Part shown: positions 17,214-28,011 of the stretch, in pieces | Layout: every line of letters begins with the position of its first letter | How positions within the stretch are numbered: position 1 is the first letter of the stretch | NCBI GenBank assembly: GCA_023404345.1 | Contig: JAEYCB010000025.1 | Span: 16,221 to 80,220 of the forward strand | Source of the DNA: Bacillota bacterium | GTDB taxonomy: Bacteria > Bacillota > Clostridia > Christensenellales > Aristaeellaceae | Direction of reading: 5' to 3' | DNA: 64,000 nt | The notes under the pieces: generated by a model | The model's database searches: none | Seen by the model: only the letters and a program-made list of their open reading frames with translations | Told to the model about the DNA's origin: nothing | Program-made: the position numbers and the translations under genes

Positions 17214-18029
17214 GTGGAACGCATCAAGCGCAATGAAAGAATGGCGGCGCTGACCAAACTGCTCACCGCATCGCCCAACCGCATTTTCACTCTATCGTAT
17301 TTCTGCGAAATGTTCGGAGCTGCAAAGTCTACCCTGAGCGAGGATATCGACCTGCTGCGCAGCGTGTTTGATACCTTTGGTCTGGGCCGACTGGACACAG
17401 TGACGGGCGCAGCCGGCGGCGTGCGTTACCGCCCTGTGATGAAAAGCCAGGATGCACGAGAATTCCTGGGCGAATTGTGCGGCGAGCTGTGCACGCCTTC
17501 GCGTCTGTTGCCCGGCGGTTTTCTCTACCTGGGCGACATTTTGAGCATGCCGGAAATTGTACGCAAGATGGGCGTCATCATTGCAGGCGAATTTTATGAC
17601 GCCGCGCCCGACTTTGTGCTTACTATGGAAACCAAGGGCATTCCCGCCGCGCTCATGGCTGCGCAGGCTCTGGGAGTACCGCTGGTAATTGCCCGGCGGT
17701 CCAGTAAGGTCTATGAAGGCTCGGCCGTAAACATCAACTACGTGAGCGGCTCCTCAGCCCATATAGAGACCATGAGCCTGAGCCGCCGCGCTGTGCGGGA
17801 GGGGCAGCGCGCCCTTATTGTGGACGATTTTCTCAAAGCTGGCGGCACCGCCCGTGGCATGATCGACCTCATGGGCGAATTCAATGTGGAAGTGGTGGGC
17901 ACGGCATTTGTCATGTCCAAGGCTCATCCCGCCAGCAAACTCATTCAGGGCGAGCGCGCGCTCATGATAATGGAACTGGAAGGCGACGATCCTTCCACGT
18001 TGGCTATCCGTCCGGCAGATTGGGTGTAG
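17214..18029 (+). CDS. purR: Purine operon repressor (PurR, PRTase-fold)
   Basis: VERIKRNERMAALTKLLTASPNRIFTLSYFCEMFGAAKSTLSEDIDLL (PurR N-terminal wHTH) plus the PRPP loop ALIVDDFLKAGGTARG. GTG 17214 lies 4 nt after AAGGAGGAAG. An alternative ATG start (MAAL...) lies 27 nt downstream. Confidence 0.85.
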   Translation: MERIKRNERMAALTKLLTASPNRIFTLSYFCEMFGAAKSTLSEDIDLLRSVFDTFGLGRLDTVTGAAGGVRYRPVMKSQDAREFLGELCGELCTPSRLLPGGFLYLGDILSMPEIVRKMGVIIAGEFYDAAPDFVLTMETKGIPAALMAAQALGVPLVIARRSSKVYEGSAVNINYVSGSSAHIETMSLSRRAVREGQRALIVDDFLKAGGTARGMIDLMGEFNVEVVGTAFVMSKAHPASKLIQGERALMIMELEGDDPSTLAIRPADWV

Positions 18030-18360
18030 AACCAACTAGGGAAGCGCAAAAACCAGCCTGACGGAAAGAATCCGCATCAATGCAAATGCGGCGGATCATA
18101 TAGGCGAAAAAATGCAAGGAAAAAGGGGGGTGAGAAGGCATATCCTCCACCCCTTTTTCCTTATCAGCATCAGAAGCTTTAAGCAACATCATTAGGTGCC
18201 GACAGAATTCCCACGTTTTTTGGGGCCTATCGTTTTACAAAACCCAACGCTGAGGCATGCATTCCCTCATATTTTCCCCTTGCCGAAAAATCAGAAAAGA
18301 GGTAAGATAGCAGGGCATTTTGCGGCCAAAAAGCCGCTTCAACAGGAGGCTCGGTATCCC

Positions 18361-18915
18361 ATGCATCTTGGGCAATTTATCCAGAAACCCACCTTTGGCA
18401 TGCGCAATATCAAAACCGCATTGACCGCCGCATTTTGTGCGATGGTCTATTCTTTTCTTGGCCGCAGTCCCGCTTTTGCCTGCATCGGCGTAGTGTTTGC
18501 CTTGGGTTCCGATATGGGTGAGGCCTACCGCAACGGTGGAAACCGCCTGTATGGTACGCTGATTGGCGGCCTACTGGGCATTGTGCTTTTCCGTATCTAT
18601 CAGATCTTTGTGCCGGATGGACACCACACCCCTCTGCTGGCCTTGTTTACCTTTCTGGGAACAATTCTGCTGATCGGTCTGTGCCAGGCTTTCTGGGTGG
18701 GAGGTGTGCAGCCCGGCGGCGTGGTACTGTGCATACTTCTGTTCAACACGCCGGTGGACAGCTATGTATCCTACGCGCTCAATCGTATCTTTGATACTGC
18801 CGTGGGCGTTGTGCTTGGATTGGCCGTCTGCTGGGTATTTCCCCGTGACTGGCGTTTGATCTGGCGTGAGCGGCTAGCCAGACTCAAGGCAGGGAAAGCC
18901 AATACAGCAGAGTGA
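18361..18915 (+). CDS. Small integral membrane protein, aromatic-acid-exporter (ArAE/FUSC)-like N-terminal fold
   Basis: 184 aa with 4-5 hydrophobic helices. The MRNIKTALTAAFCAMVY... pattern is similar to YgaE/UPF0421-type proteins. AGGAGG upstream. A possible TTGCCG-17-TAAGAT promoter lies at 18280-18308. Confidence 0.5.
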   Translation: MHLGQFIQKPTFGMRNIKTALTAAFCAMVYSFLGRSPAFACIGVVFALGSDMGEAYRNGGNRLYGTLIGGLLGIVLFRIYQIFVPDGHHTPLLALFTFLGTILLIGLCQAFWVGGVQPGGVVLCILLFNTPVDSYVSYALNRIFDTAVGVVLGLAVCWVFPRDWRLIWRERLARLKAGKANTAE

Positions 18916-18964
18916 GAAACGAAACCCCGCGGGTATGTTTCCCCGCCTGCGCCGCAAAAGAGCT

Positions 18965-18990
18965 GAAAGGCCGCCGAATGGCGGCCTTTC
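18965..18990. terminator. Bidirectional hairpin terminator between convergent genes
   Basis: GAAAGGCCGCC-GAAT-GGCGGCCTTTC. Confidence 0.65.
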
Positions 18991-19030
18991 CAACGTTCCG
19001 AGCAGCTTTCCCCAAAAGGAAAACGTTTAC

Positions 19031-22000
19031 TTACTTCGTTATTTCATGAGTCGCACTGCTCTCCTGCTCCCGCATCAGGTCATGTACCCGTGTTATCACG
19101 AGAATTGCCAGTTCCAGTGCAGCAGGTGCATCCAGACCGCGCTGCGCCAGCACAAGTTCGGCCGTGCGTCCAGCGGAAAAGCGCAAGCGGCTGTCCGCGC
19201 GGCTCACGGCGTCAAACAGACGGCCCGGATCGGGCAAAAAGCGGCTGTCAATCCGCATATGCACGCCATCAGGCCGCAAAAACAGATGGCTCACACCCAG
19301 CTTTCTCGTCACACCGCGCAGCTGGGCAATGCGCATCAGGTTCTCCACCGGCTCCGGCACGTCGCCAAAGCGGTCGATCAGTTCCTCCTCGATGTCCAGC
19401 CGTCCATTTTCGTCCTGAATCATGGCAATGCGCTTGTAGATCTCTACGCGCAGCTTTTCCTCCGGCACATAGCTTTCGGGCAGGTAGGCATCCACAGCCA
19501 GTTCCACGCGGGTATCCAGCTCCGGGGTGACCTCCACGCCCTGTGCTTCGTTTACAGCCTGCTCGATGAGCTTTAAATACATGTCGTAACCCACGGTACT
19601 CATGTGTCCGCTTTGTTGGGGCCCCAGCACATCGCCTGCGCCACGGATTTCCAGATCGCGCATAGCGATGCGGTAACCTGCGCCAAACTCCGTAAATTCC
19701 CGGATAGCCGAAAGGCGCTGGTCTGCCGTTTCAGACAGCAGTTTGTTGGCCCGCACAGTCAAGTAAGCATAAGCCTGCCGGTTGCTGCGGCCCACGCGCC
19801 CACGTATCTGGTATAGCTGAGACAGACCGAAGCGGTCTGCATCAAAGACGATCAGCGTATTGGCCTCAGGTACATCCAGCCCACTTTCCACAATGGTGGT
19901 GCACAAAAGCACGTCATAGGCCCCGGCATAGAAGTCCAGCATTATGTCTTCCAGCGCGTTTTCGCGCATTTGCCCGTGAGCGATGCCAATACGTGCCTCG
20001 GGCACCAGTTGATGCAGACGGTCGTACATCTTTTCAATGCTGCGTACGCGGTTGTAAAGAAAATACCCCTGCCCCCCGCGCGAAAGTTCCCGCCGAATGG
20101 CCTCGCTGATTACGTTGTCGTCGTATTCCATCACATAAGTTTTGACGGGCAGACGCTCCTCCGGCGGCGTTTCCAGAATACTCATGTCGCGGATGCCAGC
20201 CATGCTCATGTGCAGTGTGCGCGGGATCGGCGTGGCTGACAGGGTGAGCACATCGACACGGGTTTTCATATGTTGAATGCTTTCTTTATGGCTGACGCCG
20301 AAGCGTTGTTCCTCATCCACGATGAGCAGCCCCAGATCCTTAAACTGCACGTCTTTGTTGAGCAGACGGTGTGTGCCCACCACCAGATCCAGTTCACCCT
20401 CTCGAAGTTTGCGGGCAATTTCACGCTGTTCCTTGGGCGTGCGGAAGCGGCTGAGCATATCAAACTTCACAGGGAAGCCCGCAAAGCGTTTTTTGATGGT
20501 GTTGTAATGCTGCTGCACCAAAATGGTGGTGGGGGCCAAAATCGCCACCTGCTTGCCCTCCACAACGGCCTTAAAGGCTGCACGCAGAGCCACTTCGGTT
20601 TTGCCATAGCCCACGTCGCCGCATAGCAGGCGATCCATGTTGCGGGGGCTTTCCATGTCAGCTTCAATCTGAGCCACGCTCTTTTGCTGGTCCTCGGTCA
20701 GCTCGTAAGGAAACATATCCTCAAATTCCTGCTGCCAGGGGTTGTCGTGGCTGAAAGCATAACCGGTTTCACGCGAGCGCCTGGCATATAGCTCAGCCAG
20801 GTCGAAGGCTAGCTTTTTAAGTCCCGACTTTACCTTGCTCTTTTGGCGCTCCCATTCCTGCCCACCCAGACGGTTGAGCTTGGGAGCAGCGTTTTCAGAG
20901 CCGATGAACTTGGTCACCCGGTCAAACTGATCTGCAGGCACATAGAGCTTATCGTTGCCCGCGTATTGGATGAGCAGGTAATCGCGTTTGGCCCCGTCGT
21001 TTTCCAGCTGCACCACACCTTTAAACAGGCCCACGCCGTGCAGGTCATGCACCACATAGTCACCGGTTTTCAGGTCTGTAAAGGAAGCTATGCGCTCGCC
21101 TGCGGTCTGCTTTTTACGGGCGCGCTGATAGGCAGTGCCATAAATATCGGAATCGCTGAGCACACATAGTCCGGCTGACAGGTGCACAAAGCCCTTGGCG
21201 TAGGAGACCGGCAGCAACAGTACCTCTCGCGCAATAATGTTGCCGTCCAGCGTTGGGCAGTAGGAGGCAGGCATGTTCTGCGCTGCCAATGCAGATTGCA
21301 GCCTGCGGCCGCGCGCCTCGCCACCGGTGAGCAGCACCACGCACGCACCTTCCTGCTTCCATTTAGCAATATCCTGGCACAGCGGCTCCAAGCGGCTCTG
21401 ATATGGCATGGAAGGCTTGGAACCAAAAGCGATGGCCTCGCCCGGCACAAAGCGGCCAAAGGTGCCCACCGAGTCGCTCAGGCACACGCTGGGACGGCCT
21501 TCGAGGTCTGCAAGCAGGTCGTCATAGGTGAAGCGAAGGTCCTTTTGCGCATCAAACGCATCGCCGCGGAGGCGGGCATCCTCATATGCTTCCGAAAAAG
21601 CATCGGCGGCAGCGCGCAGGCGGACCTGATACTGGTCCGGGCGGTCCAGCAGCACAATGGGATTGTCCAGATAGTCGGTCACCAGCACCGTGTCGTCCAG
21701 AAGCACGTTCATCCACATGGGCGCAGTGCGGATCACCTGTCCCGCACGCACACGATCCACGTCGTCCAGATGGCGTTTCCAGGCAGCACGCGCCTCTGCC
21801 CCAGGGTCTCCGGAACGGTCGCTGGCCTTTGCATCACCCTGCGGCCGCGCAAGCAGATCCTCAGTGGCTTCCAGCGCATCCAGGCCGCTTAAAAAGTCAT
21901 CCAGAGAATCCAGCCCATCCGCTCTTGGCGCTGCATGTGCGAAGGCAGATGCCTCCATGGCACGGCCCACGCCCTTTTCCAGTGCCTCCTTCAGACGGGC

Positions 22001-22708
22001 TGCAGCGGTTTGCACATCGGCAACCAGGCATTCAGTGGCAGGCGCGATACGCGCCCCCTTTACCCTAGCGATGCTGCGCTGGCTGATGCAGTCAAAGCGA
22101 CGCAGGCTGTCGATCTCATCGTCAAAAAACTCAATGCGAAGCGCTTCGGCGGCATTGGCGGGAAATACGTCCACAATCGCGCCGCGCATAGCGCACTGTC
22201 CTCGTCCTTCTACCATGGGTACGCGCTCATATCCGCTGCGGATGAGCGCGTCCATCAGGCGTTCAGGGGGATAGCGCCTGCCCTCTGAAAGTTCAATCAT
22301 GGCGCTTTGAAAGCGTGCGCGAGGCACACAGCGGTCCAGCATCGCGTCCACGCTGGCGCATAGCACCCGCACGCGCCCCGCTGCCAGGCCCTCCAGCACG
22401 CTCAGACGCTGCCAGGCGCTTTCGCGGCTCATGGCTGCACGGCTGAACTGTACATCGCGCGCAGGTAACACAGCACATCCCTCGCCGGTCAGGCGCTCTA
22501 CATCCTGAGCCTGTCTCTGGGCGGCAAGTTCCGTGGCTGAAATCAGCAGCACAGGCCGCCCCGTTGCATGTGCCAGCGCGGCGGCTGCAAACGGTCGCTC
22601 CCCCTCGGCAATTTCATACAAAGCCGTACAGCCAGTCTCTCCTACGCGTTCCAGCAGTCGCTTCCAGGCGGGCAGGCTTTGGTAGGCGGTAAAAAGGCCT
22701 TCGTTCAT
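19031..22708 (-). CDS. mfd: Transcription-repair coupling factor
   Basis: 1225 aa with helicase motifs [11 protein letters not shown] and VDEEQRFGV. Downstream of and overlapping pth, as in many Firmicutes. Confidence 0.95.
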   Translation of the reverse strand: MNEGLFTAYQSLPAWKRLLERVGETGCTALYEIAEGERPFAAAALAHATGRPVLLISATELAAQRQAQDVERLTGEGCAVLPARDVQFSRAAMSRESAWQRLSVLEGLAAGRVRVLCASVDAMLDRCVPRARFQSAMIELSEGRRYPPERLMDALIRSGYERVPMVEGRGQCAMRGAIVDVFPANAAEALRIEFFDDEIDSLRRFDCISQRSIARVKGARIAPATECLVADVQTAAARLKEALEKGVGRAMEASAFAHAAPRADGLDSLDDFLSGLDALEATEDLLARPQGDAKASDRSGDPGAEARAAWKRHLDDVDRVRAGQVIRTAPMWMNVLLDDTVLVTDYLDNPIVLLDRPDQYQVRLRAAADAFSEAYEDARLRGDAFDAQKDLRFTYDDLLADLEGRPSVCLSDSVGTFGRFVPGEAIAFGSKPSMPYQSRLEPLCQDIAKWKQEGACVVLLTGGEARGRRLQSALAAQNMPASYCPTLDGNIIAREVLLLPVSYAKGFVHLSAGLCVLSDSDIYGTAYQRARKKQTAGERIASFTDLKTGDYVVHDLHGVGLFKGVVQLENDGAKRDYLLIQYAGNDKLYVPADQFDRVTKFIGSENAAPKLNRLGGQEWERQKSKVKSGLKKLAFDLAELYARRSRETGYAFSHDNPWQQEFEDMFPYELTEDQQKSVAQIEADMESPRNMDRLLCGDVGYGKTEVALRAAFKAVVEGKQVAILAPTTILVQQHYNTIKKRFAGFPVKFDMLSRFRTPKEQREIARKLREGELDLVVGTHRLLNKDVQFKDLGLLIVDEEQRFGVSHKESIQHMKTRVDVLTLSATPIPRTLHMSMAGIRDMSILETPPEERLPVKTYVMEYDDNVISEAIRRELSRGGQGYFLYNRVRSIEKMYDRLHQLVPEARIGIAHGQMRENALEDIMLDFYAGAYDVLLCTTIVESGLDVPEANTLIVFDADRFGLSQLYQIRGRVGRSNRQAYAYLTVRANKLLSETADQRLSAIREFTEFGAGYRIAMRDLEIRGAGDVLGPQQSGHMSTVGYDMYLKLIEQAVNEAQGVEVTPELDTRVELAVDAYLPESYVPEEKLRVEIYKRIAMIQDENGRLDIEEELIDRFGDVPEPVENLMRIAQLRGVTRKLGVSHLFLRPDGVHMRIDSRFLPDPGRLFDAVSRADSRLRFSAGRTAELVLAQRGLDAPAALELAILVITRVHDLMREQESSATHEITK

Positions 22709-23313
22709 GCGTCGGCTCCTTCGGCGGGTTCGGGCGGTTTTTTGGTCTTTTTGGTGTTATACTTGCACATGGCGCTTTCCACACCATTTTCGATGTACTC
22801 TATAATGGCATCGGCTGCCAAAGCATAAGCTGCATCAGCAGTTTGTTGTTCCTCGCCTGGCAGATAATGACCCAGCACCCAATCGGCCAACTCATAGCCC
22901 GGCCTGCGCTGCCCCACTCCTACCCGCAGGCGGGGGAAATTTTCGTATCCCAGCAACCCCACAATGCTGCGCATGCCATTATGCGTGCCAGCACTTCCGT
23001 TTTTGCGAATACGGATAGACCCCTGTGGCAAATCCACGTCATCGTAGACCACCATCAGATTTTCTGGGGGCAGGCGATACCAGCTGACAAGGCGGGACAC
23101 AGCCTCGCCGCTCAGATTCATATAGGTTTGCGGCAAAGCAAGGATGGTCTTTTGACCGGCGATGAAGCATTCCCCCACCAGGGCGTTGTCACGTTCCCGC
23201 CCGATGGTCACGCCCAGCTTCCGAGCCAGCGTTTCCACCACATCAAAGCCCACATTATGGCGAGTGTGGGCATATTTGGCGCCGGGGTTTCCCAAACCGA
23301 CGATCAGATACAT
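22705..23313 (-). CDS. pth: Peptidyl-tRNA hydrolase (with short Lys/Pro-rich C-terminal tail)
   Basis: MYLIVGLGNPGAKYAHTRHNVGF... is the canonical N-terminus. The stop overlaps the mfd ATG (ATGA). Confidence 0.9.
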   Translation of the reverse strand: MYLIVGLGNPGAKYAHTRHNVGFDVVETLARKLGVTIGRERDNALVGECFIAGQKTILALPQTYMNLSGEAVSRLVSWYRLPPENLMVVYDDVDLPQGSIRIRKNGSAGTHNGMRSIVGLLGYENFPRLRVGVGQRRPGYELADWVLGHYLPGEEQQTADAAYALAADAIIEYIENGVESAMCKYNTKKTKKPPEPAEGADA

Positions 23314-23376
23314 AGCATTTTCTCCTTTTGAATCAAGCACACGGCGGCACCCATGGTTCCAGCCGCGAACGCCGCT

Positions 23377-23406
23377 ATTGTAGCATATCCGAAAACAAGC
23401 GTGCAA
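23377..23406 (-). promoter_or_regulatory. Promoter TTGCAC-18-(TG)cTACAAT for pth-mfd
   Basis: On the minus strand, TTGCAC is at 23406-23401 and TACAAT at 23382-23377, with an extended -10 TG. Confidence 0.5.
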
Positions 23407-23415
23407 GGCGAATCA

Positions 23416-24954
23416 TCAGGCCTTTTGGCGTTTTTCGCCACTGCGCACAAAAAGCGGGCGGTCCAGCGCCATGGCGGCCAAAAGCACATACAATGGCGCA
23501 AAAATAAACAGGTAGCGTGGCCACACCTCAAACAGCAGCAGATAGGCAGTAGCCCCGATCAATGCAAGGGTCAGCACCTGTACAGCGGGATAGCGGCGGC
23601 ATACAAAGGAAGCAATCGCACATAGTGCAAGCACCGCCAGCCACAAGCCCTGTGCCAGCGTATGGCATAGAGGATTGAGACTCCCCCGATGGTGATAGAG
23701 GCTACGGACAAAGGTACTCAGTGCGTCTGTACGTCGTGGTATTTCCAGGTCCAGAAAACTGGAATTGGCGGCGAAACTGCCGTCGGCATACGCTTTATAC
23801 ATTTTAATTGTGAAGAAGCGCACGTTGCCCCATAGCCCCTTCTCACACAGACGCTCCCATGCCCTGTGCAGGTTGGCCTGCTGGCGGTCGGCCAGGGATT
23901 CGAACGACTGGGAAAAAGTTACGTCATCAGGCGAATGTCCGCCATAGGTTTCGCCATTCATGCCCAGCATCAGGTAGTGTGTCTCGCTCAGCTGCTCCTC
24001 AGGTGTAACGCTGCCCGCCAGATAGGCCGTGGATGCGCGCTGAAACGCCTGCCCCGGCAAAGCTCCCAGCACAAGGGCAGCAATCACCGCCAGCACGCCT
24101 TTCCATGCAGAAGCGGAAAAATCCCGGCGTCCCAAAAAGCGGCACAGTGCCAGCAAGCCCATTGCAATAAGCACGATCAGCACCGTTGGCTTAATGGCTG
24201 CGCCGGCAAAGCACGCCAGCGAAACAAGCCCCCATTTGAGCGCCGGGCGCCGTACCGTCAGCCATGCATACAGTGCCAGCACAGGAAACAGCACCGCCCA
24301 TGTATCGGTATATGGATAAAGCACATACGGGGACAGAGCAATCCACAGAATGGATACCGCCGCAGCGAAGCCCCTTGCCCACCGGCTTTGGGTCATACAT
24401 TGGGCGCAGCGCACCGTAAAATAGGCCGTCAGATTGAGCAGGACCGCATCCAGATACGGCAGGACCACAAATGGCACTGCCAGCCCCAGCTTCACTGCCA
24501 CCCACATGGGCACAGCCTGCAAAACTGTCAGCGGCGCATTGTTGGGGCACAGGCGGAAGTAATCAGCAGCGGTCAACGCCTGCCCTCGCGCTAGCTCCTC
24601 AGCCGTGCCATAGACATTGGCAATATCCCAGCCCATCTTGTACCAGGCACAGCGCACCACCACCAGCTGCACCGCCAGCACAGCAACCATTAGCGCTCGA
24701 ATGCGCCACAAAGCCCCTTTGTTATCGGAGCGTGTATCCGCCGTCTCCAGCCGGGCACGGCCCCACAAGAGCAGTGCTACGACTGCCAGCGCCGCAGGAC
24801 ACAGGGCCAGGTTGCTTGCAAGGCTCAGGTTTTGATAGTACTGGGACAGCGCGGGCTGGCCCAGTATCAGCAACCCCAGCACAAAAATAAACATCACGCC
24901 CGCCACAGCGCTCCACACGGCTGGCAGGGAAAAGCGATTGTGTTCAGACCGCAT
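23416..24954 (-). CDS. Polytopic membrane protein, GT-C (ArnT/PMT_2)-like glycosyltransferase candidate
   Basis: 513 aa from ATG 24954, with many TM helices and a soluble C-terminal part. The tracked ORF start (25176) runs into the RNase P RNA gene and is rejected. Confidence 0.5.
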   Translation of the reverse strand: MRSEHNRFSLPAVWSAVAGVMFIFVLGLLILGQPALSQYYQNLSLASNLALCPAALAVVALLLWGRARLETADTRSDNKGALWRIRALMVAVLAVQLVVVRCAWYKMGWDIANVYGTAEELARGQALTAADYFRLCPNNAPLTVLQAVPMWVAVKLGLAVPFVVLPYLDAVLLNLTAYFTVRCAQCMTQSRWARGFAAAVSILWIALSPYVLYPYTDTWAVLFPVLALYAWLTVRRPALKWGLVSLACFAGAAIKPTVLIVLIAMGLLALCRFLGRRDFSASAWKGVLAVIAALVLGALPGQAFQRASTAYLAGSVTPEEQLSETHYLMLGMNGETYGGHSPDDVTFSQSFESLADRQQANLHRAWERLCEKGLWGNVRFFTIKMYKAYADGSFAANSSFLDLEIPRRTDALSTFVRSLYHHRGSLNPLCHTLAQGLWLAVLALCAIASFVCRRYPAVQVLTLALIGATAYLLLFEVWPRYLFIFAPLYVLLAAMALDRPLFVRSGEKRQKA

Positions 24955-25017
24955 GCAACGGCACGCCCCTTCCTGATTTGGCGATACGACAAAAAGCGGG
25001 CATCCATCCCGCCTGTA

Positions 25018-25371
25018 AAGGTGCTGCCGGCGCGGTCGTAAGCCGAGTTCTGTCGTTGGACGATCATCTATCTCCACCGTGCGTTGCCGCACGGCTGAAG
25101 CGATCTCTTTGAGAGCACGACGGGCCGCCGTATTGCTCCCGGTCGGATCTTGCATCGGGTGGGGTTTACAGCGCAAACCTGTTACCAGGCCGCGGGTGAG
25201 CTCTTACCTCGCCTTTCCATCCTTGCTCCGCACATGATGCGCGGGGCGGTCTATCTCTGTTGCACTTTCCTTGAAGTTGCCTTCACCGGCCGTTAGCCGG
25301 CACCCTGCCCTATGATGCTCGGACTTTCCTCATGGCATGCCACGCGATCGCCTGGCCGCCCGGACAGCTTT
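25018..25371 (-). ncRNA. rnpB: RNase P RNA (bacterial type A-like)
   Basis: The minus strand carries the conserved blocks GAGGAAAGUCCGAGC (+ strand 25317-25331) and ACAGAACUCGGCUUAC (+ strand 25038-25053). 5' AAGCUGUCCGGGCGG and 3' CCGCGCCGGCAGC can form P1. Length is about 350 nt and the ends are approximate. Confidence 0.85.
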
Positions 25372-25413
25372 ATAAAGGTAGCACGTTTGGAAATGGGTGT
25401 CAAGAGGGAGGCC

Positions 25414-25929
25414 CTACTCGTTAATGGCCTCGATGCCTAAGCGTGCAGCCTGACGCATACGCTCTCTGATTTTCTCCAGCACCTGCGGTGCCAGCGGTTC
25501 CCAATCACAGTTCTCACAGACGATACGCAGCGGCTGGCGCGACCTATAGGAGCGGGTTGGGTTGCCCGGAAACTTCTGATCTGTCACGTTGGGGGCGTCC
25601 TCGATGGGTCCCAGCGGCTCGACCACATACACCCGCGCGGGCCCCTCCCCCGCCGCCAGCTCCGCAGCCAGCGCCGCGCCCTCCTTGCGGGCCGTCAGAT
25701 AGACGAAATTCGCCGTTTGCCGGCTGCCATAGTTGGAGGTGTGCCCCGGTGTGAGCAAATCGCCGGGCCGCAGGTCCGCCCGCGTACCATGGTAGAGTGG
25801 CCCCGCCTCCCGCACATCCGTGCGCAGGCCCACGGGCGTGAAGGGCCTGGGCGGCTCCCCGCTCATCTCTCCGCTGGTGGTCAGGCTGTTCCAGGCCCGG
25901 GTAAAGTCCGTATCGTCATGTTTCATCAC
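25414..25929 (-). CDS. arr: Rifampin ADP-ribosyltransferase (Arr family)
   Basis: Blocks LYHGTRADLRPGDLL, TSNYGS, FVYLTA, AELAAGEG, VYVVEPLGPIEDAPNVTD and KFPGNPTRSYRSR match Arr-ms/Arr-2-type enzymes as I remember them. There is an N-terminal extension of about 30 aa. Start is GTG 25929 or ATG 25926. Confidence 0.8.
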   Translation of the reverse strand: MMKHDDTDFTRAWNSLTTSGEMSGEPPRPFTPVGLRTDVREAGPLYHGTRADLRPGDLLTPGHTSNYGSRQTANFVYLTARKEGAALAAELAAGEGPARVYVVEPLGPIEDAPNVTDQKFPGNPTRSYRSRQPLRIVCENCDWEPLAPQVLEKIRERMRQAARLGIEAINE

Positions 25930-26217
25930 AAGACCGCCTCCCGTTTCATGCCGTCATTCGCGGGTTAGTATATCGCCATGCCCGCAAAAATACCAGTCTT
26001 TGTTTTTCCCCCTGGTTTATGCTATACTGATGGTATGGAGATTCTCCGATACGCGCCGAACATCCATATACAGGCCAAATCCGTGGGCGCCGGCAAATGA
26101 TTCTTTCGCCGGATGCCTCCCCCTCCCTTGCGCACCGCGCCGTTTTGTGGCAAAATAGGCCGTGTTGTGCCGGGACCCTGCGCCCGGCATCCTGAAAACG
26201 GGGGAGGGAACGCAACG

Positions 26218-27762
26218 ATGGAAGCTCCTCAATGCGTTTTGATTCTGGATTTTGGCGGACAATATACCCAGCTGATCGCCCGGCGCGTGCGCGAGCACGG
26301 GGTCTATTCCTGCGTGCTCCCCTGCGGCGCGCCGCTGGCGGATATCCGGGCGCTGCAGCCCAGGGGCATCATTTTCAGCGGAGGCCCGGCCAGCGTGTTG
26401 GATGAGAGCGCTCCTACGGTGGATGAGGGCGTGTTTGCGCTGGGCGTGCCGGTTTTGGGCATCTGTTACGGCATGCAGCTGATGGCGCATCTCCTGGGCG
26501 CGCCGGTGGAACGCGGCGCGCGGCGCGAATACGGCCGCACCGATGTGACCATGGACCGGGTGGACGGCGGGCTGCTGGCGGGGCTCCAGCCGCGCAGCGC
26601 CTGCTGGATGAGCCATACCTATCAGGTGGCGCGTCCCCCGGAGGGCTTTGCGGCCATCGCGCACACCGCGGACTGCCCCGTGGCCGCCATGGCCGACGAG
26701 ACGCGCCGGCTCTACGGCGTGCAGTTTCATCCTGAAGTAACGCACACCGAGGAAGGCGCGCGCGTGCTGGAAAACTTTCTGCTGGATATCTGCGGCTGCG
26801 CGGGCGACTGGAGCATGGAGGCCTACGCGGACATGACCATCAGGCAGATCCGCGAGCAGGTGGACGGCGGCACGGTGCTGCTGGGCCTGTCCGGCGGCGT
26901 GGACAGCGCGGTGGCGGCGGCGCTGCTCTATCGCGCCATCGGCAGCCGGCTGACCTGCGTGTATGTGGACCATGGCTTCATGCGCGCGGGAGAAAGCGAC
27001 TATGTGGTGGATGTGTTCACCCGCGTGTTTCCGGTGGAGCTGGTGCATGTGGACGCCTCGGAACGCTTCTTCCGCGATTTGAAGGGCGTGACCGAGCCGG
27101 AGGCGAAGCGCAAGATCATCGGCCGCGACTTTGTGGAGGTCTTCCGCGAAGAGGCGCGCAAGCTGGGCAGGCGCGACCATTTCGCCCAGGGCACCATCTA
27201 CCCCGACGTGATCGAAAGCGGCCACGCACAGGGCAGCGCGGTGATCAAGAGCCACCACAATGTAGGCGGCCTGCCCGCCGAGCTGGGCTTTGACAGCCTG
27301 GTGGAGCCGCTGCGCATGCTCTTTAAGGACGAGGTGCGCCGCCTCGGCCTGACGCTCGGCCTGCCGGAGTCCCTGGTCTACCGCCAGCCTTTCCCTGGCC
27401 CCGGCCTGGCCATCCGCGTGGTGGGTGAGCTCACACCTGACAAGGTGCGCATCGTGCGTGAAAGCGATCTGATTTTGCGCGAGGAAATGGCCGCTGCCGG
27501 ACTGGATAAGCAGGTGTCACAGTATTTTACGGTGCTAACCGGCGCACATTCTGTAGGTGTGATGGGCGATGAGCGCACCTATGCCTACGCCGTGGCCCTG
27601 CGTGCCGTGACTACCGACGATTTCATGACCGCCGATGTAGCCCGCCTGCCTTATGATCTTCTGGGACGTGTGGCCACTCGCATTGTTGGTGAGGTAGCAG
27701 GATGCAACCGTGTTTTGTACGATGTCACGACGAAGCCGCCGGCGAGTATCGAGTGGGAGTAA
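26218..27762 (+). CDS. guaA: GMP synthase (glutamine-hydrolysing)
   Basis: GATase N-terminus VLILDFGGQYTQLIARRVRE, PP-loop SGGVDSAV, C-terminal KPPASIEWE. GGGGGAGGGAA SD before ATG 26218. Confidence 0.95.
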   Translation: MEAPQCVLILDFGGQYTQLIARRVREHGVYSCVLPCGAPLADIRALQPRGIIFSGGPASVLDESAPTVDEGVFALGVPVLGICYGMQLMAHLLGAPVERGARREYGRTDVTMDRVDGGLLAGLQPRSACWMSHTYQVARPPEGFAAIAHTADCPVAAMADETRRLYGVQFHPEVTHTEEGARVLENFLLDICGCAGDWSMEAYADMTIRQIREQVDGGTVLLGLSGGVDSAVAAALLYRAIGSRLTCVYVDHGFMRAGESDYVVDVFTRVFPVELVHVDASERFFRDLKGVTEPEAKRKIIGRDFVEVFREEARKLGRRDHFAQGTIYPDVIESGHAQGSAVIKSHHNVGGLPAELGFDSLVEPLRMLFKDEVRRLGLTLGLPESLVYRQPFPGPGLAIRVVGELTPDKVRIVRESDLILREEMAAAGLDKQVSQYFTVLTGAHSVGVMGDERTYAYAVALRAVTTDDFMTADVARLPYDLLGRVATRIVGEVAGCNRVLYDVTTKPPASIEWE

Positions 27763-27960
27763 GCGAAGAAATTCACAACGAAAAAAGATTGGGCAAGGCT
27801 ATTCTTTCAACCTTGCTCAAATAGAATATAAAGCAAAAATACATGTCCTACTATTCATTCGACTCTACTCCACTCAACGCACCCTACAGCCGGTTATAAT
27901 TTATTGTTTTGCTGTTCAGCGGGAAGAATATCGAAAAATGATAAGTATACCGGAAAAATA

Positions 27961-28011
27961 AAAAACCACCGCCCGATTCCAACAAAACAAAGGAATCGGG
28001 CGGTGGTTTTT
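27961..28011. terminator. Strong bidirectional terminator
   Basis: AAAAACCACCGCCCGATTCC-N11-GGAATCGGGCGGTGGTTTTT, with A/T runs on both sides. Confidence 0.85.

Noticed and set aside
24955-25176. N-terminal 74-aa extension of the membrane-protein ORF
   Set aside because: It overlaps the 3' part of the RNase P RNA gene. The first ATG clear of rnpB (24954) precedes the first hydrophobic helix.
25930-26217. Guanine/adenine (purine) riboswitch upstream of guaA
   Set aside because: I could not find the conserved J1-2, L2/L3 and J2-3 blocks or the three-way junction. Only generic hairpins are present.
26017-27258. 413-aa ORF antisense to guaA
   Set aside because: guaA is unambiguous, and the antisense product is Ala/Arg/His-rich low complexity.
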